Positions 40,381 through 49,800 of a stretch of DNA of 64,000 nt are shown piece after piece. Where the stretch lies: NCBI GenBank assembly GCA_016840065.1, contig JAEOTB010000037.1, positions 32,001-96,000 of the forward strand, given 5' to 3'. The notes beneath the pieces are model-generated. The model was not told where the DNA came from, did not search any database, and saw only the letters and a list, made by a program, of their open reading frames with translations. The stretch is from Candidatus Hermodarchaeota archaeon (GTDB lineage Archaea; Asgardarchaeota; Hermodarchaeia; Hermodarchaeales; Hermodarchaeaceae). Position 1 is the first letter of the stretch; each line of letters begins with the position of its first letter. The translations under genes were made by a program, and so were the position numbers.

Positions 40381-41826
40381 ATGAAAGTAAAAGAAGCGTG
40401 TGGCGTTGTTGGCATCAGTGCAGTTCCTCCGACCCGAGTTGCACCTCAAATGTATGTCGGTTTATTAGCCCTGCAGCATAGGGGTCAAGAGAGCAGCGGA
40501 TTATGTACTGTTTCTGAAGAAGGGCTTGAGAGTCGGAGAAGAAAGGGACTTGTAAGCAAGTTCTCAGGTACAGAAATAGACCGTCGTAAGGGGTGGGCGG
40601 GGATTGGACATGTCAGGTATAGTACCACTGGTGCGGTTCGCCTTCGTGAAGCACAACCCTTCCTATTCTCTGCGGGAAACACACGGTTAGCTCTAGCATT
40701 CAATGGAACCATTGCAAATTATCGAGTGCTACGGAAAGAACTCAGACGGGAACGTTACAAATTCCTTACCTGTACTGACACAGAAACAATTGCTCAGCTT
40801 TTCGCCGCAAAGCTAAGAAAGACAGGACATGACTACATCTCCTCCTTTGAGTCCTTAATGGAAGAGCTGATTGGCGGGTATTCGCTCGCAATATTAAATG
40901 AGAAAGGCGACCTTTTTGCAGTTCGTGATCCTTTTGGGTTTAAGCCGCTCTGTCTAGGCAGACTAAGCCAAGAGAGTTTTAGTGTTTCCTCAGAGAGCGT
41001 CGCGTTCGACACAATGAGTGGTCAACTTGTACGTGACGTGAAACCTGGTGAAGTTGTCAAGGTCAACCATGACAGCGTAGAAGGAGTTCAAATCCAGAAG
41101 GAGGAACGGCATGCTCACTGCATGTTCGAATATGTTTACTTCAGCCGCCCTGACTCAGTTATTGATGGACGCTCTGTTTATCAAGTTCGCCAAAGACTTG
41201 GAAGAAAATTAGCAAAGATCCACCCAGCAAAGGCGGACTTGATTATACCAGTACCTGACTCAGGGAGGGGGGCAGCCACTGGATTCTCTATTGAGAGCGG
41301 ACTCCCAATCAGGGAAGGTTTGATGAAGAACCGATATATCGGTCGCACCTTTATTATGCCAACACAGGGATTCCGGGAATTTTCTGTAAAGCTAAAACTA
41401 AATCCTGTACGATCGGTTGTAGAAGGAAAGAACATAGTACTCGTTGATGACTCGATTGTTCGTGGCACAACAATCAAACATATTGTTCGGCTGCTAAGGA
41501 GTGTTGGTGCTAAGAGCATCCACTTACGAATCAGCTGTCCACCGATAATCATGCCATGTTACATGGGCATTGATTTCCCAACTAGGCGGGAACTCATTGC
41601 AGCAGACTATTCTGTTGAAGAAATATGTCAGTACATCGGTGCTGATTCACTCGGTTACATGAGCGTTGATGGACTAGCAGAAGCGATTGAAATACCTAGA
41701 AATCAGCTTTGCCTTGCCTGCCTAACCGGTGATTATATCCTCCGAGAACGCCTAAAGGGACAATCTGTCGAGGCTCTAGAAACCGCCTTCTCAAGACGAC
41801 TCCCATCACCTAGGCAAGAACCCTAG
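40381..41826 (+). CDS. purF: Amidophosphoribosyltransferase
   Basis: EACGVVG, LQHRGQES, GHVRYST, CMFEYVYFSRPDS, VPDSG, VDDSIVRGTT. Confidence 0.97.
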   Translation: MKVKEACGVVGISAVPPTRVAPQMYVGLLALQHRGQESSGLCTVSEEGLESRRRKGLVSKFSGTEIDRRKGWAGIGHVRYSTTGAVRLREAQPFLFSAGNTRLALAFNGTIANYRVLRKELRRERYKFLTCTDTETIAQLFAAKLRKTGHDYISSFESLMEELIGGYSLAILNEKGDLFAVRDPFGFKPLCLGRLSQESFSVSSESVAFDTMSGQLVRDVKPGEVVKVNHDSVEGVQIQKEERHAHCMFEYVYFSRPDSVIDGRSVYQVRQRLGRKLAKIHPAKADLIIPVPDSGRGAATGFSIESGLPIREGLMKNRYIGRTFIMPTQGFREFSVKLKLNPVRSVVEGKNIVLVDDSIVRGTTIKHIVRLLRSVGAKSIHLRISCPPIIMPCYMGIDFPTRRELIAADYSVEEICQYIGADSLGYMSVDGLAEAIEIPRNQLCLACLTGDYILRERLKGQSVEALETAFSRRLPSPRQEP

Positions 41827-41891
41827 TCTCAACTGATACTACAATTTTTCCGTTGTGAGAAGTAGCGCCTTTCCAATAGGAATTCGGATGA

Positions 41892-42200
41892 CTATTTTAT
41901 TGAAATTTCTATGAAGACTTCTTCAGGAACACGGATTCGCATTATCTGACGCATGGTTCTTTCATCCGCTTCCAAGTCGATAAGGCGTTTGTGAATGCGC
42001 AGCTGCCAGCGATCCCAGGTTGGAGTTCCCTCCCCACAAGGTGATTTTCGGGTCTGCACCTTCATGATTTTAGTTGGTAAGGGAATAGGACCAGACATGT
42101 GAACCCCAGTACGGCTGACAATGGCCTTCACTTGCTTACAAACGTCATTTAGCTTGCTAATATCCACACTTGACAGCCGAATACGCGCCTTTTGTACCAT
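41892..42200 (-). CDS. rps10: 30S ribosomal protein S10
   Basis: [33 protein letters not shown]. Confidence 0.97.
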   Translation of the reverse strand: MVQKARIRLSSVDISKLNDVCKQVKAIVSRTGVHMSGPIPLPTKIMKVQTRKSPCGEGTPTWDRWQLRIHKRLIDLEADERTMRQIMRIRVPEEVFIEISIK

Positions 42201-42258
42201 CTTTATCAACACTTAGCTAACATTTCGCGTGATGACTTGCCATCGATAAAAAGGCTTC

Positions 42259-42272
42259 CATATAACTCTTTT
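42259..42272 (-). promoter_or_regulatory. BRE-TATA promoter of rps10
   Basis: Minus strand AAAAGAGTTATATG, similar to the tuf and rps12 promoter cores. Confidence 0.55.
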
Positions 42273-42324
42273 TACCAAACACAAAAACGAAGTATTAGCA
42301 ACAGCTAACACTGACATAAATCCG

Positions 42325-42365
42325 AAAAAAAGAGGAAGAAGAGACAAGTGCCCTAGAGCACTGTC
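42325..42365 (-). terminator. Hairpin plus oligo-U terminator after tuf
   Basis: Minus strand GACAGTGC-TCTAGG-GCACTTGTC, then a pyrimidine run ending in T7. Confidence 0.6.
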
Positions 42366-42367
42366 CA

Positions 42368-43723
42368 CTACTTCTTTACTGTTATCTTCTGTACTACTCC
42401 AACAGCCACTGTGCGACCACTATCACGAATCGCAAACCGACCCAGCTGCTTCATATCGGCAAACCGCTCTAACACAATTGGCTGCACTGGACTGAACTTG
42501 ACGATAGCTGATTCACCTTGTTTGATGAAGTCTGGCTTCTCCTCCACCGTCTCGCCAGTACGAGGATCAATCTTGCTGATAAGCTCAGTGAAAGTCGTTG
42601 CCATCTGGAGTGTGTGAGCGTGCATAACTGGTGTGTACCCAGCGGCTATGGCTCGTGGGTGATGGATTACGATTATTTGTCCAACGAAATCTGTGATAAC
42701 CTTGGGTGGGTCGCTGACATGACCCATGACATCACCACGTTGAACCTCGCCTTTTCCAATGCCACGAACATTGAAACCGATGTTGTCGCCCGGCTCAGCC
42801 TTCTGCATTTTCTCATGGTGCATCTCGATTGACTTGACTTCGCCCGTATGCCCAGAGGGCATGAAGATTACTTTATCGCCAACTTTCAAAACACCAGTTT
42901 CAACTCTACCAACGGGAACAGAGCCTACGCCAGTAATGGTGTAGCAGTCCTGGATTGGTACTCGCAATGGTGCTTTGAGTGGTTTCTCTGGCTGTACGAA
43001 CTTGTCAAGAGCCTGGAGCAAGGTGGGACCTTTATACCAGGGCATGTTCTCACTAGCCTTATCCAGCCCATCTCCTGTCCAACCGCTGGTTGGGATGAAA
43101 TCGACTTTGCTTGGATCGAATTGAGCACCCTGGAGCACTGAAGTGACTTCTGCCTTGATTTCCTCGTAGCGTTCTTGGCTCCAAGGAGGCGTAGAGTCGT
43201 CCATCTTGTTCACAGCAACAGCGACCTGCTCGATACCAAGGGTTCGGGCAAGGAATGCGTGCTCACGGGTCTGCCCGCCCGCACTGATTCCAGCTTCAAA
43301 CTCACCCTTACGTGATGAAACGACAAGAATCGCCGCATCAGCCTGGCTGGCACCCGTAATCATGTGCAAGAATTAAGGAGCGTACCCCTCAATTATTCTT
43401 GATGAAGTCCGCGTGCCCAGGAGCGTCAATCAGCGTGAAGTAGTGTTTTTGTGTCTCGAATTTTCGAAAAGCTAGATCGATTGTTAGCCCACGTTCTCGC
43501 TCTTCCTTCAAGCGATCCATTACTTACCCCTTCATATCGTGTGATATGAAGTGTAGGCGAACTTGAACGAGGCGTCTTTCGTTTCTGATGCTAGCTTTTC
43601 TAATTTGAGCATTTCTTGTTTCGTTAGCGCACCCGTGACATATACGAGGTGGCCCATTAGCGTTGATTTACCATGATCAACGTGACCAATGATGATCAAG
43701 TTGATGTGTGGTTTAGTAGCCAT
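42368..43723 (-). CDS. tuf: Elongation factor 1-alpha, spliced from three exons: 43723-43553, 43523-43396, 43364-42368 (431 aa)
   Basis: Spliced product reads [15 protein letters not shown]|[37 protein letters not shown]|[13 protein letters not shown]; the middle exon is missing from the ORF track; 171+128+997 = 1296 nt. Confidence 0.95.
43365..43395 (-). other. 31-nt BHB intron 2 of tuf mRNA
   Basis: Exon stem UCAU/AUGA, central helix CAAG/CUUG, bulges AA^U and CA^C, intron hairpin AAUUGAGGGG-UACG-CUCCUUAAUU; splicing gives AAG AA|C ATG = K N M. Confidence 0.93.
43524..43552 (-). other. 29-nt BHB intron 1 of tuf mRNA
   Basis: Central helix GCCU/GGGU, bulges AC^A and AA^G, perfect 9-bp hairpin CUUCAUAUC-ACAC-GAUAUGAAG; splicing gives GCC TAC|GTA ATG GAT = A Y V M D. 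Confidence 0.92.
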
Positions 43724-43841
43724 TTCTTAATCTGCCTCTATTATTTTTTTCAACTATTTTTGGCTTGAACTTTTATCATACTTTATTGTTGTATGATGTC
43801 TGCTTGACATCGGTTCAAGCTTTGGTCAAGTCGCTGTGGTT

Positions 43842-43855
43842 GCTATAAAACTCTT
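43842..43855 (-). promoter_or_regulatory. BRE-TATA promoter of tuf
   Basis: Minus strand AAGAGTTTTATAGC, identical to 58766-58779 upstream of rps12. Confidence 0.65.
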
Positions 43856-43888
43856 TTGGCAAAGTGTTTACTTATGTTTGTAGAGAAG

Positions 43889-46800
43889 TCAAAGTGGTAG
43901 GAGGGCTTGGAAGGGGGATAACATAGGTGCTACTGTGGCTACTAGCACGCCAAGTATTTGTCCAAGAAGATTACGGACGATTTGACCCACTACTTGATTG
44001 AGAAGAACCTTAACCACTCCAGCAAGAGTGAGATTACAAACCATCTTCCCCACAGGGAGTAGAACGCTATACCAGAGCCAAACCACACTATCACGAACAA
44101 TTGGTGATAACACACTAAGTATCCATGTAGCTATGAGATGAGCAAAATCTGCTAGCGTAAAGAAAGGAAAGCCCAACGCTTGCAGACTTGCCCCGAAGCC
44201 GGTGATAACTAAGCTTAGTAACCCCGTCGCCGATAAACTCGTAGCAGTAATACCCAAACTAAACACTGACCCGCTGATGTATTGGAGAACTATAGCGAAA
44301 ATACTGAATACAACGCCAATAAGCCAACCATATTGTGTAAGTGTAGCGAGGAAGGTGTTGATAGTGAATGTTAAGAATATGAAAAGCGCTGTACCGATTG
44401 CGCTGAGAATCAATGGGAGCAAGCTGCTGAATAAACTAGTAAGACCACTCCCAGTTGAAGCCGAAGAAGTGGAGGCTAAACCCCCACCAAGAGCCCGACT
44501 AGTTAAACTAACAACGGCAAAATTCTGTATCAAAACGAGAAGCGGCGCTAATGAAGTGTATCGAGCATCCATTGTATTAATGCCAAGACTTGTGAGGATA
44601 CTCTGAATGGCAGTAGTGATAGTGATTGCTACTAGAAGGGCCTTCCAGCGGCTGGGATTAAGTAACTGCCGAACACGCTGTTTGATTGTGAAAAACAGGT
44701 TCTTTGCATAATCCTTCAGCCTGTCTGTTAGCTGGTCGCGAGCGCGACCTGTAAGCATCTGTATGTAACTAGTTTCAAGAATAATTTGGGAAGGAAACTT
44801 TTGGCGCACAAACCGATCGAAAACATAGAATCTGCTGTAATATCCCCCTTTGTAGGTGTTTCCCCCACGAGAGCCGTATTGCCAGCTATTCCCTAATGTT
44901 CTATCTAGATTCTCGAAGATTGCGGGCCATCCACCAGGGTTTCCCCATCGACCTGTTTGATCTTTACCATTGTAGATGAAGGAAAGTTTTCCCCATTCCT
45001 TGTATGTAGACCATATTTTCTCATCAATGGATAGACTTCTCACGGTTTTTCCTCTATCAATTTCCTGATCAGATTGTAGAGGAACAGGGCAGATACGACC
45101 CACCCCAAGTACTGCACAGAAATAGATGAGGGTGTTCAAATCATCCCGAGTTACATCATCTAATCCATAACGCCATGTTCGATCACGAGCAGAATTCTTT
45201 CTTGCCGTCCAAAACGACCACGTTAATCTATAGAGTTTATTCTCTCCAAATCCACGAGTTGTACGACGGAGCCCGTAATACTGATTCAATAGTCCTACAT
45301 GTCGGTATTTGACATGAGTGGGCTCCAGTTGCATCGTCACCCCAACTGGTCCAGCAGGCGTGTTAACCAATTGAGTACCAGTTAAAGCCAGAGTTGTCAG
45401 GCCCATTAGCGGGTCAATATGCCCTTCACGACACTCGAATTCTACGAGCCGAAGCCCACCTAACTGTGGTTCGTCTGGTTTGGGTGGCATTTCATCATTC
45501 TGTTGAGGTTTCAGAATGAACAAGTTCCATTTAGTTTTCATTACCACATCAAGACGTTGTTTCATCGAAAGTAGTACGCCTTGAATGAATGGATTTAGTT
45601 CTTGAAGTGTCGGAGGGGCTGCGATGAATAATTGATTCTGATATTTCCTCTTTACCTCTTTGACGGCTTCGGTCTGGAAAAGAGGACCTTCGTCACAAAG
45701 AATACCTCTAGGAACCCCAGCAATGCAGCTGTAAAATTCAGCAAAGAGTAGGTATTGTCCTCTAATAGTTTTAGTCGAGAAGCCCTCAATATCTCCTGGA
45801 TAATGTGTGTGTATCTGGGCATTGTTTGGATTTAGTAAATCCCAAAGACACCAGAAACTCTTTCTCTTTGCTGAAACTCCAGTAAATCCAGTTCGAGTGG
45901 GAATAAGAAATGTGGGTAGTTCAATCCACCTATTACTCCATGTAGGCGCTTGGCTTGGTTTGTATCGAGCAGTAATCGTGGGATTAAGTGGAAGAATGAG
46001 AATAGCACCTTGCTGATTCTTGATATGGTTGATAAGGCTAGTATCTTGCTGGGCTAGTTCTGCAGTATCAATGTTTGAACGGTCTGGTTTGAGTATGAGA
46101 GCATTCTTGATATGGGCGACAACTGCATCTGAGTGGACTGGAAGACCATGATTCCTTCGGGCTTCTTGGAAATCAGCGTTGTCACTTATTCGATATATCA
46201 CTTGGAAAGTGGAGTAGGTTTTCCCTTTGTGATGTGTGTAGGTAATGAAGTTGTCCCGGACAATTCCAAGGTTTTCTTCTTCAAAATAAACACGTTTTGT
46301 ACCTTGCCCTGGAGGCGCTAACGCCATACGCTCTTCGTAAACCGCTGATGCTTGCTGCCAGTAAAGCCCCTTCGCATACCTTCCATCTCCTATGCCCGCC
46401 CAATGCCGAAAGATAAGAACTTCTGTTGTTAACTTAAGTGAGCCAATCACAGGAATAGGTGTGCTATTCAGAATCTCCTTTTCCAACCCCCTAACCTGCG
46501 AGTCAATCATCACACCCTCCTCAACAAGTGTAGCCATTGCTGGTAAAATTTCTTGGATTTGGGGAATAAGGATACCAATCTCCTTAACCGTAGTCCAGTC
46601 TAATCCCTTCATCTTGTCCAGTGTTTTCCTGATAGTTCCTTGAATTTGTTCTTTCATTATGCCTATACGGCCACACTTCAACGCTTGATCCAAGATATTG
46701 ACATACGGGAAAGTCTCTAGTGTTGTTGGGTAAATGGCTTCAGCACCATAGTCGGGAGTTGTGAAAGTACCTGAAGCTCCAGGTGGGGGAGGTGAGGTCT

Positions 46801-49800
46801 CATCCTCACCAAAAAGGAAAGCTTGCAGAAAAAACCCAATTACTGGCAACTCTAACAGCTTGCTTATCAGAAATTCAAGAGGTACGAATATGATGTTAGT
46901 TAGTGCATTTCGAACCGCTGTAATGATGCCGAATATTGCCTGTAATAGCACCATTCCTAATGTCATAAGTATCGTCTTCCCAATTTCTATTAAAACGCTC
47001 AAACACTGTGTAATGAAATCCCACGCAGGTCCTAGAATTGCCTTGGGGTCGAAAAAGCTCAATTGCCCGTCTGTCACCTTCTTGATAGCATACTGGGTAG
47101 CTAACTCGCCTACAACCTCTGGTAGACTCAAGGGTTTCCCTGAATGCCTGTTCAGAGCCTCCGCTACCCCCTTAATCACATACATAGGCTCTTCAATATA
47201 ACCAGCCTCAAAAAGCAGAATAGCCTGCACACTTCTGTCATATACGACTTGCCAGCCGAATCTGTCTTCTAACCCTGCATTCAGTTTCAACAGTCGCAGT
47301 AACCCGGTCAGCTTGTAAGATGCTTCTTCCAGATTTCGTATCTTAGCATAGTGAATTAGTTCATCAAAGAGACGCTGAGCCTCCAGCCCCACCTGATTCC
47401 ACGTCTCTGAACCCGCATCCTTGTACATCGACTCCGCAGTAGATAAGAGGGAATCGCGAGCTTCTTGGATGCGTTCCTGCAAAGCAACCTCGTCCCTCAG
47501 CCTCGCAAGCTTTGCCAAGGTTTCCGCTACTTTTACCTCCACTTGTTTCTGATGGATTACGGCCAGTATCGTGTTCTCTAGGTACTTGTCTAGAGACTCA
47601 TAGCCTAAATCCCATCCCCGCACCACCACCTCTCCATAAAAGAGGAAGGTGGGCACAAACCAGCCCATACTCAAAGACCCCTCAAAGACCTGAGTGGGAG
47701 CAAGATAGGGCTTGACACGGGACCAGTCCGCCTCCCCTACCTGATACTCTGGTGTGGTTGCAAAGGGACTCGCCTCGACTGATAGCAGCTGCGTTGACTG
47801 GAGGGCAGACTGCAAGAACTCGTCTTCCACCAGTGGATTTGAGTCAAAACACCATCGCTGGAGGTCACCCTCACCCAAATAGTACAGATCATCGCCTAAC
47901 TGTTGTTGAAGGGCTTGAAGCCGTAACATCTCTGCCAGCGATAGACGAGCCGCATCTACGGTGTGTTTTGTCGGGTCAACAGCGGTACGATAGCCCACTA
48001 AGAGGAAGCTACCTAATACTGTAGTGAGGGGTTCTACTTGGAAGGTTGATAGGTTCAAGGCTTGGAAGAATTGTAGGAGGTCTTGGGCATAGGCATCCAA
48101 GTTGGTTTGAGCGTGGTGGTGTAATTGCTCATGGAAGGTCAGAAAAGAAATATCTCCAGGGAGGCTAGCTCCAAGCCCTGCGAACATAAAAAGCAGAAGT
48201 TTGGGATCAACAAACGCAAGACCAGCTAGGCAGATAACAATCCAGGGTCCATTCATTAGGATGTAACTACCAATCAGTTGCTTATCGTCAAGAGAAGCAA
48301 AGACATTGAGAATTGTGGTCTTGGCCTCGGCTTCTCCTGCCTGTAGGAGTGAAGTTCCCACAAACTCAGCCCGTAGGGTCACCACACCCACAAGACTTTG
48401 GGACACCAGCCAATCTAGTGTAGCCTCTCCTTCGGCGTTGGTGTAGGCTTCGCCAAGAAGTGATGTGCCGTTTATCCCCTCAAGGAAGAAGCGGATAAGC
48501 TGATGTGCCACTGGCTGTCCAGTGCTAGTGGTTACGATTGCAGTTATTTGGGTTGTCTGTTGAGTTGTAAGATCCGCTGGAACCGACAATGTAAGTTGGG
48601 TTGTCGCCACCACACAGAACTCTATTATCTCACTGCTTGCACCAGCCGGACTCTTTGCGATGACAGTCGCCGTGTAGCTGTGCATCCCCTGTAAGGGACC
48701 GATGATACCCGATGTCATCCACACACTACCATAACAGGAGAGAGCAAAGCTTTCTGGTACACTGTTGCCATCGGTGTCAAGCTGGACGGTGAGTGTGAGG
48801 AGGTCGTCAGGGTATGTGGCGTTCAGAGTGACCTGTACACTCAAGGTGTCTGTATCACAAATTGTCGCATTACCATAGAGGGTAGATAGCTTTGCAGTCA
48901 AGATGGTGGGCGGATGGTTGCAGAGGGTGACACTCTGCTCTGCTTGGCAAGTTCGTAATGCCAAGTCATATCCAATGAGGGTGAGGATGTGGTCACCATC
49001 TGGTAACGTGCTAGTATCGAGGGTAAGGGTGTGGCTACCTGATGAGTGGAGGCGGAATAGCACTACCTCGCCATCTAATAGTAAGATTGCTTCTCTCATG
49101 TTCGCATCGGCGAGAAAGAGGGTGATTTCTACAATGCCTGTGAGGATGGTTCCTGCGGTGGGGGTGTCAATGCGAACCACTGGGTTCTCCAAGTCCACAG
49201 TGAAGGCTTCGGTGTATTCTGCGACATTACCCGCAATGTCAGTGGCTTTGATGAGAACTGTGTGTGGAGCCGCTGTAACTGCTATTGTAAAGGTGGTCTC
49301 GTTGGTGTTCTCTGCAACACCAGAGAATATGCCATCGATGAAGAGTTCGATTGTCTCGCAATGCCTGTCTGTTACAAAGACCACCACGTCAAGCGTGGTG
49401 TTTTCGGTGAACCCTGCCTCCGTTACTGGCAGAAAGACCTCCAAGATGGGTGCTGTGCTATCTATGAGAAAAGTGACACTCCGAGCAAGAGCATTTCCTG
49501 CGCGGTCCATTGCCTGAACCAGTATTGTGTGGGAACCATCAGTGAGATTGGTTAAGGTATATTGGCGGTAACTACCATCGAGTTCAACAGCTAGGGTTCC
49601 ATCGAGGTAAACAGTAAAGGTTGCAATCCCTGCGGTGGTGTCGCTGGCACTCCACTGAATACGCGGATTTACACTAGAAGTGTGAGAGTCTTCCAAGGGG
49701 GCTGTGATGGCTAGAGTCGGGGAAGTTGCGTCTGTGGTAAAGATGTTTGAGGTGCTTTGGTGATTGCCAGCCAAATCAATGGCTTCAACGGTCAAAGTGT

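Noticed and set aside
42368-43723. tuf as a pseudogene, programmed frameshift or sequencing error
   Set aside because: The breaks are discrete 29- and 31-nt structured inserts with exact BHB geometry, not single-base indels or slippery sites, and the exons show no decay
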